Shown here one piece after another: positions 1 to 9,352 of a stretch of DNA of 56,933 nt. Source of the DNA: Woeseiaceae bacterium. GTDB lineage: Bacteria > Pseudomonadota > Gammaproteobacteria > Steroidobacterales > Woeseiaceae. The notes below the pieces were generated by a model. It made no database searches. It worked only from the letters and a program-made list of their open reading frames with translations, and was not told the DNA's origin. The stretch spans positions 1-56,933 of the forward strand of contig JBFGYM010000001.1 of NCBI GenBank assembly GCA_041587435.1, in the 5' to 3' direction. Each line of letters starts with the position of its first letter. Within the stretch, counting starts at the first letter, position 1. Made by a program: the position numbers and the translations under genes.

Positions 1-579
1 CACGCAGTCGATGACGCCCGAGTTCAGATGCGTGCCGAGCAGCTTGAAGTCGAACTTCTCGAGCGGGCCCCAGACGTCTTCCGTGACGCTCAGTACGACG
101 TTGGCAAACAGCTTTGCAACACTGATCTCACCCGGCGTGAAGAAGTCGGCATCCTGGCGTCCGGAGTCGTCGCTGTTGCCGCCGTAGAACGTCTCGACGA
201 GCAACTCGACCGCCACCGCGTCCAGGTTAATCAATGCCGAGCCCTGCAGCGGCTGCGGAGCAAATTCGATCAGCATCGAGAGTCCGTTGACCCGTTCGCA
301 AAAGTCGCTGAACGTCAGCGTGCGCAGGCGTTCGAACGTCACTTCCGATTCCGTGTTGAGCAATTGCTCGACCAGCTTGTCGATACGCCCGGCGAATTGC
401 CGGTTCAGGCTCTGCAGCCGGGGATAGCTGTCGGTGGTGATCCGCGAGCGCGGCCCGACGTCGAAGTCCTGGACCGACGCATAAGTCGGACCCTTTCTCG
501 AGTGCACCTCGATCTCGCCCGTCGACATGCCGTCGAGCAATGCGTCTTTTTCGTCGTCTGTCAGTACAGGATCGGTCAT
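1..579 (-). CDS. fliM: Flagellar motor switch protein FliM, N-terminal part (gene runs off the left edge)
   Basis: Absent from the ORF track because there is no in-window stop. Reverse complement from ATG 579-577 reads MTDPVLTDDEKDALLDGMSTGEIEVHSRKGPTYASVQDFD... The frame was checked codon by codon and stays open to nt 1. It lies directly after fliL, as in fliLMN operons. The + ORF 28..726 is its antisense shadow. Confidence 0.8.
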   Translation of the reverse strand, partial: MTDPVLTDDEKDALLDGMSTGEIEVHSRKGPTYASVQDFDVGPRSRITTDSYPRLQSLNRQFAGRIDKLVEQLLNTESEVTFERLRTLTFSDFCERVNGLSMLIEFAPQPLQGSALINLDAVAVELLVETFYGGNSDDSGRQDADFFTPGEISVAKLFANVVLSVTEDVWGPLEKFDFKLLGTHLNSGVIDCV

Positions 580-587
580 CGAACGGC

Positions 588-1109
588 CTACTGGATGACG
601 AGTGAAGTGAAATACACGGCCTCGACGCCGGGCTCGCCAATCTGCTCGGTCATGACGCGGCGGATCTCCGCGAGACCGTCGGCCAGCATCTGCTTCTTGC
701 CGTCGTGCGTCGTCACTTCCTCGTAGATGGCGTTTGCGTACAGCAGAATCAGCGCATTGCGAATGACGGGCATGTGTTCGCGCACCGCATTGACGACCAC
801 CTGGTCGCGAGCCATCACTTCCATCGTAATCTGCATGAAATGCGGGTCGCCGAACTCGTCCTTGAAGTTCACGACCAGCGGCGGGTGCAGGCTCTGGTAG
901 ATGGCCGGCCCGTCGGCGGGCTCGGTCTCCATGGCCGCCTCGGCGTCGTCGGCCGGCGATTCACCGCCCAGGAAGGTCATGCCGGCGAACATGCCGGCGC
1001 CGGCTATCGCGAGCGCGCCGACGACCAGCATCAGCTTCTTCATGAGGCCGCCCTTGGCTTCGACGGGTGCCTCGTCCTGTGTGTCTTCTTCAGCCATTGC
1101 TTGCTCCAC
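588..1109 (-). CDS. fliL: Flagellar basal-body-associated protein FliL
   Basis: 173-aa ORF with one TM helix (KKLMLVVGALAIAGAGMFAGMTF). FliL-like C-terminal part (FKDEFGDPHFMQITMEVMARDQ...VIRNALILL). GTG at 1109; ATG at 1097 with a GGAG Shine-Dalgarno is an equally likely start. Confidence 0.88.
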   Translation of the reverse strand: MEQAMAEEDTQDEAPVEAKGGLMKKLMLVVGALAIAGAGMFAGMTFLGGESPADDAEAAMETEPADGPAIYQSLHPPLVVNFKDEFGDPHFMQITMEVMARDQVVVNAVREHMPVIRNALILLYANAIYEEVTTHDGKKQMLADGLAEIRRVMTEQIGEPGVEAVYFTSLVIQ

Positions 1110-1129
1110 TCAAGTGCTGTCCATGGAGA

Positions 1130-1145
1130 TGCAAGGGCCGTGCCA
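1130..1145 (-). promoter_or_regulatory. RpoN (sigma54) promoter upstream of fliL
   Basis: Minus-strand sequence TGGCAC-GGCCC-TTGCA is a perfect -24/-12 consensus. It lies about 20-35 nt upstream of the fliL start. Confidence 0.75.
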
Positions 1146-1240
1146 ATCGCAGAGCGAGAGGGTTTTCTATATATTTTTCAGTGTTTTATGTGATTCCACA
1201 GGCCCCCGGCGGGCGCCCGTCCTGACGGAAAATTGGCGTG

Positions 1241-2578
1241 TCAGGCGAACGTATCGACGAGGCTGTCGGAAGCGACGGTTTTTTGTCGTTCGGCCGGCGC
1301 CAGCTCGTCGGCATCGTTCGACTGGGCGCCATCCGTGCCGGCCGTGCGCGGCGCGTTGTCGCCCTCGCGCTGACCTTCGGCCACGGAGTCGCCGCCGACG
1401 CTGGCCTGCCCGAGAGACAGTCCATTCTCCGCCAGCATGTCACGAAGTCGCGGCATGGCCGCCTCGATGGCTTCGCGCGTAACGGCATGCTGGGCCTGGA
1501 AGGTCACGTGTGCCGCGCCCTCTTCCATAGAGATTCGCACGCGCACCGGTCCCAGCTCGGCCGGCGTGAGGCGGATTTCCGCCTGCTGGGTCTGGCTGCC
1601 GGCCATCATGAGCACGCGTTCACCGATGCGGTCGCCCCAGCCGGGCTCGCCGACCGGCGTGCGTATCAGCTCGCCGGTCGCGCCGGGAATCAGCCCCGCG
1701 GCCCTCGAATCCGCCACGTTAGCCGTCGCGGGCGACTGCGATGGTGCTGCCTGCGACAGCGGTGCCGTCGCCGCCGCTGCCGGGCGTTCGCCTTGCAGCG
1801 CGTTCTCCGGCATGGCCAGCACGCGCGGCACGACCTGGCCTTCGGCAAGGAGGTTGGCCCGCGTGCCGTCCGCCGCCGCCGGCTGGGGGGCCGGCTCGGC
1901 CTGGCGAGGGCTATCGGCGCGCTGGGCCGGCGGCCATTCGACCGGTGCCGCGTCCGCGCGTTGCGGCGATGCCGCCGGGATCCCCTGCGGCATGGCCGGC
2001 GGTTCGGCCGCCGCCGGCTTCAGCGCCTGCGACGCCGTTGGCACCGTCACCGCCGCGGTCTCGGCGGGCCGTTGGGCGCGCTGACCCGCATCGAGCGGCC
2101 AGGACGCCGGCCGCTCGTCCCCGGGGAACGCGTCCTCGACCAGCGCCATCAGGCCGGGGGGCCACATGGACTCCGGCAGGTCCGCGCCGGGCAGGGTCGT
2201 TCCGGGCAAGGCCGTCCCGGTCCCGCTCGCTTCAGGCACCGGCGGCTCGGCCGGCCACCGGGCCGCAAACGCGAGTTCGGCATTGCCGGCGGTCAAGCGG
2301 TCGTCCATGGCAGCCGGCAACTCGAGCAGCGGTTCGCGCCGGGAACCCGATGGCAGCGGTGTCGGTGCCGGCAATTCATTGCCGCCTCTCGGCAGGAACT
2401 CGCCGCGCGGCTCCCCGGCCGCCGGGCCCGGTGCCGCGCGCAGGCGCAGCAGATCGGCAAACCCGCCGTCCACCGTGAGCGGCTGGCGGCCCGGTGTTTG
2501 CGCCGCGGCCGGCGCCATGTCGGACGGGGCATCCGTGGTCAGCGTCGTCAGGAGTTGCAGGTTCATTGTCGCGAGCAT
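1241..2578 (-). CDS. fliK: Flagellar hook-length control protein FliK
   Basis: 445-aa Pro/Ala-rich ORF with a FliK-type C-terminal domain (GAAHVTFQAQHAVTREAIEAAMPRLRDMLAENGLSLGQASV). Lies between fliJ and fliL. Confidence 0.85.
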   Translation of the reverse strand: MLATMNLQLLTTLTTDAPSDMAPAAAQTPGRQPLTVDGGFADLLRLRAAPGPAAGEPRGEFLPRGGNELPAPTPLPSGSRREPLLELPAAMDDRLTAGNAELAFAARWPAEPPVPEASGTGTALPGTTLPGADLPESMWPPGLMALVEDAFPGDERPASWPLDAGQRAQRPAETAAVTVPTASQALKPAAAEPPAMPQGIPAASPQRADAAPVEWPPAQRADSPRQAEPAPQPAAADGTRANLLAEGQVVPRVLAMPENALQGERPAAAATAPLSQAAPSQSPATANVADSRAAGLIPGATGELIRTPVGEPGWGDRIGERVLMMAGSQTQQAEIRLTPAELGPVRVRISMEEGAAHVTFQAQHAVTREAIEAAMPRLRDMLAENGLSLGQASVGGDSVAEGQREGDNAPRTAGTDGAQSNDADELAPAERQKTVASDSLVDTFA

Positions 2579-2619
2579 GCGCGGTCCTCGTCAGTGCGGG
2601 TCAGTATCACGTTTAGAAA

Positions 2620-2635
2620 AGCAAGATGCGTGCCA
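2620..2635 (-). promoter_or_regulatory. RpoN (sigma54) promoter upstream of fliK
   Basis: Minus-strand TGGCAC-GCATC-TTGCT in the fliJ-fliK intergenic gap. Confidence 0.7.
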
Positions 2636-2638
2636 GCT

Positions 2639-3076
2639 TTACTCCTCGCCGATGCCTGCCTCGGGCGGCCGCACCAGGTCGTCGAGCTGCCGTTGCTCGA
2701 GGCGCTCCTGGTAGGCCGCTTCGCGCGCCCGGTTCTTCTCGAGGACCCGGTCGAGGGATTCGAGCCGCTGGCGCTTCACCATCCAGCGCTGGCGCTGGGC
2801 TTCGAGGTTCTTCTCGCAATCCCGCACGATTTGTTGCTGCGACCGCACCGCGCGGTCGAGCCGACTCAGGAAGGACTGGTAGTCCTTCCAGTGCGCCGAG
2901 CTGACGTTGCTTACCGGGCGATTCGCGTAGTTGTGCCGAAACGCGTTCAGTTCGCCGAGCCGTGTAAGCTGCTCATCGAGGCGCTGTTGCAGCCGGCCCG
3001 CAGCCATGCCGCTCTTGCGTTCCTCGGAGCGGGCCAGCGTTCTCACGTTGCCGAGTTTGTCGCTGCTGCGCCTCAT
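2639..3076 (-). CDS. fliJ: Flagellar export chaperone FliJ
   Basis: 145-aa charged coiled-coil-type ORF. ATGA start/stop overlap with fliI. Canonical fliH-I-J order. Confidence 0.8.
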   Translation of the reverse strand: MRRSSDKLGNVRTLARSEERKSGMAAGRLQQRLDEQLTRLGELNAFRHNYANRPVSNVSSAHWKDYQSFLSRLDRAVRSQQQIVRDCEKNLEAQRQRWMVKRQRLESLDRVLEKNRAREAAYQERLEQRQLDDLVRPPEAGIGEE

Positions 3077-4467
3077 TCAGGCTCCGCCGCCGCGTGGGTG
3101 TCGGGTTCGAACAACGCGCGCAGCTGCTTCAGCGCCGACTCTGCGTCGACACGCCGGTTGCGGTGCTGGCGCAGAAAGTCGAGCATCCGGGGCCACAGCG
3201 CAATCGCTTCGTCGAGCTGCGGATTGCTGCCGGCCTGGTAGGCCCCGATCGAGACCAGGTCGCGGTTTTCGCGGTACGTCGAATACGCCTGCCTGAAACG
3301 CATCACCAGTTGCTGTTGGGCATCGGACGTGAACTGGTTCATCGCGCGACTGACCGAGGATTCGACGTCCACGGCCGGGTAGATGCCTGCATCCGCCATC
3401 TCTCTCGACAATACGATGTGTCCGTCGAGAATCGCGCGCGCCGCATCGACGATCGGGTCGGTGTGGTCATCGCCTTCGGCAAGGACCGTGTAGATCGCCG
3501 TGATCGAGCCGCCTCCTTCCGCGCCGTTGCCGGCGCGCTCGACAAGCTGTGGCAGCTTGGCGAATACGGAGGGCGGATAGCCTTTGGTCGCCGGCGGTTC
3601 GCCAATGGCGAGCGCGATCTCGCGCTGCGCCTGGGCAAAGCGCGTCAGTGAATCCATGAGCAGCAACACGTTGTTGCCCTGGTCGCGAAAATACTCCGCG
3701 ACGGCGGTCGCCAGCCACGCGCCGTGCAGGCGCATCAGCGGCGTATCGTCGGCCGGCGTCGCGACGACGACCGAGCGCCGCATACCCTCGTCGCCGAGCG
3801 AGTGTTCGATGAACTCGCGCACTTCCCGGCCTCGTTCGCCGATCAGTCCGACGACGACGATGTCCGCTTCGGTGTTGCGGGTCATCATGCTGAGGAGCAC
3901 GCTCTTGCCGACGCCGCTGCCCGCGAACAGGCCGAGGCGCTGGCCGCGCCCGACCGACAGCAGCGAGTTGATCGATCGAATGCCGACGTCGAGCTGCTGC
4001 CGAATGGGTTGCCGCCGCAACGGGTTGATCGTCTCGCCCATGAGCGGCACCGATGTCGTCGACGCTATCGGTTTGCCGCCGTCCAGCGGCTTGCCGCGGC
4101 CGTCGAGTACCCGGCCGAGCAAGTCGCCCCCGACCGCGATCTTCGGCGCTTCGGCCACCGGGATGACGCGCGCATTGGGCACGACGCCGCGCATGTCGCC
4201 GATCGGCATGAGAAACAGGCGCTCGCCGGCGAATCCGACCACTTCGGTCTCCACCCGCCGTCCGTCCGTGGCCACCACGTCACAACGCCCTCCGAGTGCC
4301 GCGTGGCAGCCTTCCGCCTCCATCGCGAGGCCGACCGTGCGGCGCAGCAAGCCCTCGACGACGAGTTCCGGCGCGTCGTCCAGGGCGCGATCGATGTATC
4401 GCCCGAGCCGCAGGCTGCGCTCGAGATTGCGGTTCCCGTCGGGCCCTGCGATCACGTCCGCGCTCAT
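3073..4467 (-). CDS. fliI: Flagellum-specific ATPase FliI
   Basis: Walker A GSGVGKSV and Walker [12 protein letters not shown]3SS/F1-type ATPase. The ORF-track start 4602 is replaced by ATG 4467 (MSADVIAG...), which overlaps the fliH stop as ATGA. Confidence 0.93.
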   Translation of the reverse strand: MSADVIAGPDGNRNLERSLRLGRYIDRALDDAPELVVEGLLRRTVGLAMEAEGCHAALGGRCDVVATDGRRVETEVVGFAGERLFLMPIGDMRGVVPNARVIPVAEAPKIAVGGDLLGRVLDGRGKPLDGGKPIASTTSVPLMGETINPLRRQPIRQQLDVGIRSINSLLSVGRGQRLGLFAGSGVGKSVLLSMMTRNTEADIVVVGLIGERGREVREFIEHSLGDEGMRRSVVVATPADDTPLMRLHGAWLATAVAEYFRDQGNNVLLLMDSLTRFAQAQREIALAIGEPPATKGYPPSVFAKLPQLVERAGNGAEGGGSITAIYTVLAEGDDHTDPIVDAARAILDGHIVLSREMADAGIYPAVDVESSVSRAMNQFTSDAQQQLVMRFRQAYSTYRENRDLVSIGAYQAGSNPQLDEAIALWPRMLDFLRQHRNRRVDAESALKQLRALFEPDTHAAAEPE

Positions 4468-5060
4468 CGATGCCTCTCGTCGCCCAGGCAGCGGCTGATC
4501 ACCGCGTGCAGGCGCGATTCCGCCGTTGCATCGATCTGCGCCGCGTCTGTCGTAACCCGGCATCCGCCTCGTGTCATGAGCGGGTCCTCGACGACGCGCC
4601 ACATCGTGTCACCCTCGGCGGGGGCCAGCGATTCGCGCACGAGCGTGGCGTCGTCGGGATGCAGATGCACCTGGATACTGCGGCTCGCGACGGGCAATGC
4701 CTGGATCGCTTCGCGCACGACACCGATGACGTGACTCGGGTCGATCCTGATTTCCCGCCGAAACAGCTGCTTGACCAGCGCGATGCTCAGTTCGACGAGC
4801 TGCGTCTCGACCGACTCGTCGAGTTGATCGAAGGGTTCGCAGAGCGCCTGCAGCAGTTGATCGTAGCGGGCGGCGCGTTTCGTGATTTCCGCCTGGCCTG
4901 CGGCGATGCCGTCGGCGAGGCCTTTTTCGTAGGCCTCGTCGTAGGCCTGCTTCTGCAATTCCTGCAGCCGTCCGGCGGTCAGGACGCCCGGGCCGCTCGA
5001 GCCGTCGATGGCCGGCACGTCCCAGCGTGCTGCCTTCTCTGAAGCGCCGCCGTCAGACAT
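4464..5060 (-). CDS. fliH: Flagellar assembly protein FliH
   Basis: FliH-like charged N-terminal half. C-terminus ...[20 protein letters not shown]. Lies between fliG and fliI. ATG 5060 is preferred over ORF start 5117 (8-nt overlap with the fliG stop). Confidence 0.82.
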   Translation of the reverse strand: MSDGGASEKAARWDVPAIDGSSGPGVLTAGRLQELQKQAYDEAYEKGLADGIAAGQAEITKRAARYDQLLQALCEPFDQLDESVETQLVELSIALVKQLFRREIRIDPSHVIGVVREAIQALPVASRSIQVHLHPDDATLVRESLAPAEGDTMWRVVEDPLMTRGGCRVTTDAAQIDATAESRLHAVISRCLGDERHR

Positions 5061-6063
5061 ATTCCTCGCCGCCCGTGCCGAGATTGATGTCGCCCGAATC
5101 CGCGAGGCGCCGCGCAATATCGAGAATCTCCTTCTGCGCCGTTTCGACCTCGCTCAGGCGGATCGGGCCTTTGGCATCCATGTCTTCGCGCAGCAGCGTG
5201 GCGGCGCGTTTCGACATGTTGCCGAGGATCTTGTCGCTGATCGCCGGGTCGCATCCCTTGAGCGCAATGACCAGCATCTCATTGTTGATCTCGCGCAGGA
5301 GGGCCTGGATGCCCCGGTCGTCGACTTCGAGCAGCGTATCGAAAACGAACATCATCTCTTCGATGCGCTCCGACAACTCGACGTTTCTTTCCTTGATCTC
5401 GGCGAGAAGCGCCTCGCCCCGTTCCGGCTTGAGGGCGTTCACGATGCTTGCTGCGACCTTGTCTCCGCCGACGTTGCGCGTCCCACCGCGCCCGGCATCG
5501 GCCGACTTGCTCGCGATGAGCGTCTCGATTTCTGCCAGGGCACTTTGCTGGATGTCGGTCAGCCGAGCGACGCGCATGACGATATCCGAGCGAATCTCGG
5601 CAGGCAGTTTCTCGACGACTTCGGCCGCCTGCGCCGAGTCGAGAAAGGCCAGCACGATCGCGATGATCTGCGGATGCTCATCCTGGATGATGTCGACGAC
5701 TTCGCGCGAGCTCATCCATTTCAGCGCTTCGAGGCCCTTGGCGTCGTCGCCGCTGACGATACGCTCGATGAAGGCGTTGGCCTTGGCTGCGCCGAACGCG
5801 TTTCCGAGGAGTTTGCGCACGTAGTTCTCGGTATCGACACCCAGCGCCGTCTGGTCTTCGACGTCCATGATGAACATCTCCAGTACCCGGTCGGCATCGT
5901 TGCGGCTGACGCTCTTCAGCGAAGCCATCGCCGTGCCGAGCTTCTGGACCTCGTTGGTGCCCATGAACTTGAGCACTTCCGCCGCCTCGTTTTCGCCGAT
6001 CGTCATGAGCAGGAGCGCGGCGCGCTCCGTCCCCGACATCTTGAATTCGCCGGTGCTACTCAT
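5053..6063 (-). CDS. fliG: Flagellar motor switch protein FliG
   Basis: 336 aa. N-terminus ...SGTERAALLLMTIGENEAAEVLKFM. C-terminal torque domain ...KRAATLLREDMDAKGPIRLSEVETAQKEILDIARRL. Confidence 0.93.
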   Translation of the reverse strand: MSSTGEFKMSGTERAALLLMTIGENEAAEVLKFMGTNEVQKLGTAMASLKSVSRNDADRVLEMFIMDVEDQTALGVDTENYVRKLLGNAFGAAKANAFIERIVSGDDAKGLEALKWMSSREVVDIIQDEHPQIIAIVLAFLDSAQAAEVVEKLPAEIRSDIVMRVARLTDIQQSALAEIETLIASKSADAGRGGTRNVGGDKVAASIVNALKPERGEALLAEIKERNVELSERIEEMMFVFDTLLEVDDRGIQALLREINNEMLVIALKGCDPAISDKILGNMSKRAATLLREDMDAKGPIRLSEVETAQKEILDIARRLADSGDINLGTGGEEYV

Positions 6064-7693
6064 CGGCGGTCACCCACTTCTTGACGACCTGCGCCACGCG
6101 CGCGGGATCGTGGCCCGAAATGTTTCTGGCGGCCGCAACTTTTTCGTCGTAGCTCGGCGGCGCAATGGCGGCGGCGCCGCCGCCGATTTGCGACGGGTTG
6201 TAAGCGCCCGCGCCGGCGAAATCGCCGCCGCGCGGTATGTACTCGCCGGACACCACCTGCCCACCGGTCACGACGCCGCGCAATATCGGGCGCAGCACAC
6301 CGAACGCGATCGCCAGCACCAGCCCGGCACCGAGGACCTGCTTGGCTGCGTCGCGGAAAAACGGCTTCTCCCAGAACGCGGGCGGCTCGGCCTCGACCGC
6401 CTGCTCGACACTGAGGAACGCCTCGCTGAGCACGACGACGGTATCGCCGCGATCCTCGCTAAAACCCACCGCCTCCTTGACGAGTGCGGTGTACCGCTCG
6501 ATGTCGGCGTCGGCCACGGCCGTGTCGGACGGTTCGCCACCGGCGGGCGCGCCGTCGACGAGCACGGCAACGGACAGCTTGCGAATCGCGCCCGATTGGG
6601 GTCGCGTATGGCGTATGGTCCTGTCGACCTCGTAATTGCGGGTGCTGCTGCGCGACGAATTGACCGGGCCTGATTGCGAAGACTCCGACCGCGTTTCCTC
6701 GGCGGGCAGCCCGGTCGCCGCCGGCGGCTGGTTGCTCAACGCTCCCGGAATACCGGCGGCGTTCGCCGACTGGCCGACGATCTCGTTTTCGCGCAGCTGC
6801 TCGCTGCGCACGACGGCGCGCGCAGGATCAAACGACTCGCGCGTCTCCTCGACGTAGGTGAAGTCGATGTCGGCAACGACCTCGGCCCGCACGCGTCCGA
6901 CGCCGACCAGCGGCGTCAGCAGGTCTTCGATGCGCCGCTTGTAGTTTTCCTCGAGCTGCCGCGCATACTTGAACTGCGTGGCGGCGAGCGCGTCGGTGGC
7001 CGGCGCGGCGCCAGAACTCAGCAGACGACCGTTCTGGTCGATCAGCGTAACGTCGCTCGCGACAAGGTTAGGCACGCTCGAGGCCACCAGGTGAACGATC
7101 GCCGATGCCTGGTCGGACTCCAGCACGCGCCCGCGGAACAACTGCAGCAGCACGGAGGCGCTGGCCTTTTTCGAATCGCGCAGGAATGCCGTCTCCTTGG
7201 GTAACGCGAGATGCACGCGCGCTTCGCGCACCGCCCCGAGCGACGATATCGTCCGTGCGAGCTCCGCTTCGAGAGCGTGCTGGTAGCGCGCGTTTTCCAT
7301 GAACTGGCTGACGCCGAAACTCGACTGCTCCTGCATCGCACTCATGCCGGCCGTGACGCTTTGCGGCAGTCCCTGCGCGGCCAGTTCCATGCGGGCCTCG
7401 TGGATTCGCCCTCCTGGCACGAGAATGGTGCCATTGTCGCTCAACTTGTACTCGATGTTGGCCGTCTTCAATGCGTCGGCAACCTGCGAGGCTTCGCCGG
7501 GAGCCAGCGCGCCGTAGAGCTGGGTGTATCCGGGCGACTGCGACCAGAGCACGATGGCAAATCCCACGGCGACGGCTGCCGCCACGCCGATGAGGAGAAG
7601 CACCTGCCGTACGGCGGGAATTCGCAGAACACCGAGCAGGCTGATCTGCGTCGGCGTGGCGATCGCGGGTTCTACGACGTGTTGGTTATCCAT
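6056..7693 (-). CDS. fliF: Flagellar MS-ring protein FliF
   Basis: 545 aa with N- and C-terminal TM segments. Conserved FliF core (ELARTISSLGAVREARVHLALP...). Lies between fliE and fliG. Confidence 0.93.
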   Translation of the reverse strand: MDNQHVVEPAIATPTQISLLGVLRIPAVRQVLLLIGVAAAVAVGFAIVLWSQSPGYTQLYGALAPGEASQVADALKTANIEYKLSDNGTILVPGGRIHEARMELAAQGLPQSVTAGMSAMQEQSSFGVSQFMENARYQHALEAELARTISSLGAVREARVHLALPKETAFLRDSKKASASVLLQLFRGRVLESDQASAIVHLVASSVPNLVASDVTLIDQNGRLLSSGAAPATDALAATQFKYARQLEENYKRRIEDLLTPLVGVGRVRAEVVADIDFTYVEETRESFDPARAVVRSEQLRENEIVGQSANAAGIPGALSNQPPAATGLPAEETRSESSQSGPVNSSRSSTRNYEVDRTIRHTRPQSGAIRKLSVAVLVDGAPAGGEPSDTAVADADIERYTALVKEAVGFSEDRGDTVVVLSEAFLSVEQAVEAEPPAFWEKPFFRDAAKQVLGAGLVLAIAFGVLRPILRGVVTGGQVVSGEYIPRGGDFAGAGAYNPSQIGGGAAAIAPPSYDEKVAAARNISGHDPARVAQVVKKWVTADE

Positions 7694-7733
7694 GGCAGCT
7701 CATTGCATCCTGGGTCGATTCTCGGGCGCCGGT

Positions 7734-8048
7734 TCACACCGGCATGTTCATGATGTCCTGGTAGGCCGTAATCAGCTTGTTTCTCACCTCGGTGACGGCG
7801 CGGAATCCCAGGTCGGCCTTTTGCGACGCGATCATCACTTCGGCGAGGCTGTGCTCGCCGGTGCCGCTGACGAAGCCGGCCTTGAGCCTTGCAGATTCCT
7901 GTTGTGCCGAGTTGACCGAGTGCAGCGTCGACTTCAGCACGTTGCCGAACTCACCGGCGGACCCTGGCTGCGACGTCTTGACGGGCTGCAGGTCGCGACC
8001 GAGGGTCCGGATCTGCTGCAGCAGGTGGCTCGTATCGATGGTGTTCAT
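7734..8048 (-). CDS. fliE: Flagellar hook-basal body protein FliE
   Basis: 104 aa. C-terminus TEVRNKLITAYQDIMNMPV is the FliE signature. ATGA overlap with the fleR stop. Confidence 0.9.
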   Translation of the reverse strand: MNTIDTSHLLQQIRTLGRDLQPVKTSQPGSAGEFGNVLKSTLHSVNSAQQESARLKAGFVSGTGEHSLAEVMIASQKADLGFRAVTEVRNKLITAYQDIMNMPV

Positions 8049-9352
8049 GGCGTTTCTCCGGGTATTGCAACGCCTTCCGCGCGCATGCGTGCCAGCTTGT
8101 AGCGCAGACTGCGGGCGCTGATACCGAGCGCTTCGGCAACCGCGGTGCGCCTGCCGCCGTGCGCCCGCAGCGCGTCGACGATCAACTGGAACTCATGGTT
8201 CTTCAGGCCCTCGCTCAGGTCCTGCTCACCGCCGTCGCCGGGCGTTTCTTCGAACGCGAGATCGGCGGCGTCGAGCTCGGTGCCGCTGAGGAGAATCAGC
8301 GAGCGCTGCAAGAGATTATCGAGTTCGCGCACATTGCCGGGCCACGGGTGTGCCAGCAACGCATCGCGCGCCGCCTGGGTCATGCGAACCCCTCGACTGC
8401 CGTGACGCCGCAGCGCGAGTTCGGCCAGTGGCAGAATATCGCCACGCCGCTCCGACAGTGGTGGTACATACAGCGGAAAGACGTTGAGGCGATAGTAGAG
8501 GTCCTCGCGGAACTTGCCCTCCGCAACGTGCTGCCGCAGGTCACGGTTCGTCGTTGCCAGCACGCGCACGTCCAGCGGGATCGGCCGGCTACCGCCAAGC
8601 CGCTCGACTTCCCTTTCCTGCAGGACTCGTAGCAGTTTGGCCTGGAGCGCGAGGTCCATTTCCGACACCTCATCGAGCAACAACGTGCCGCCGTTCGCCT
8701 GCTCGAACTTTCCGGCGTGTGCCACGCTCGCGCCCGTAAAGGCGCCCTTCTCATGACCGAACAGGACAGCCTCGAGCATGGTCTCGGGAATCGCCGCACA
8801 GTTGATTGCCACGAACTGCCGCGCACTTCGCGGTGAGCAGTCGTGAATGTAACGCGCGAAAACCTCTTTGCCGCTGCCGCTCGGTCCGCTGATCGTGACG
8901 GTGACGCTGGTTTGCGCCACGCGTTCCGCGACGGTCAGCAGCGCCACGGTCTTGTCGTCGGCGACGACCGGCCCGGCCTCCGGCACAGACACATTCAGGT
9001 GCCGGTCGACGACAGCCTGCAACGCCGCGGCATCGAACGGTTTCACGAGATAGTCGGCAGCACCCTGGCGCATGACCTCGACCGCATTCTGGATACTGGC
9101 GTGGGCCGTCATCATTACGGCCGGCAACGAGGGGTAGCGTTCGCGAATGCGCGTCAGGAGGCTGATGCCGTCCAGCGGCTGCATGTGCCAGTCCGTGACC
9201 ACGAGGCCCACGCGCTCGGACGCGATGAGATCGAGGGCGGCGTTACCGTTGTCGGCCTCGAGCACCGGGTATTCGCCGGTCGCGAGCGTCTCGCAAAGCG
9301 CCGTGCGCAGGGTGGCGTCGTCATCGACGATCAGTACGGCCGGGTTGCTCAC
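8045..9352 (-). CDS. fleR: Sigma54-dependent two-component response regulator FleR/FlrC
   Basis: REC domain (VLIVDDD...). AAA+ activator domain (GPSGSGKE, GAFTGA loop). C-terminal Fis-type HTH. GTG 9352 is preferred because it gives a GTGA overlap with the fleS stop; the ORF track starts at 9379. Confidence 0.9.
   Translation of the reverse strand: MSNPAVLIVDDDATLRTALCETLATGEYPVLEADNGNAALDLIASERVGLVVTDWHMQPLDGISLLTRIRERYPSLPAVMMTAHASIQNAVEVMRQGAADYLVKPFDAAALQAVVDRHLNVSVPEAGPVVADDKTVALLTVAERVAQTSVTVTISGPSGSGKEVFARYIHDCSPRSARQFVAINCAAIPETMLEAVLFGHEKGAFTGASVAHAGKFEQANGGTLLLDEVSEMDLALQAKLLRVLQEREVERLGGSRPIPLDVRVLATTNRDLRQHVAEGKFREDLYYRLNVFPLYVPPLSERRGDILPLAELALRRHGSRGVRMTQAARDALLAHPWPGNVRELDNLLQRSLILLSGTELDAADLAFEETPGDGGEQDLSEGLKNHEFQLIVDALRAHGGRRTAVAEALGISARSLRYKLARMRAEGVAIPGETP

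Noticed and set aside
1238-3241. 667-aa + strand ORF covering fliK and fliJ
   Set aside because: The product is Arg/Ala/Gly-rich and low-complexity with no motifs. It lies exactly antisense to two well-supported flagellar genes. This is the typical shadow ORF of GC-rich DNA.
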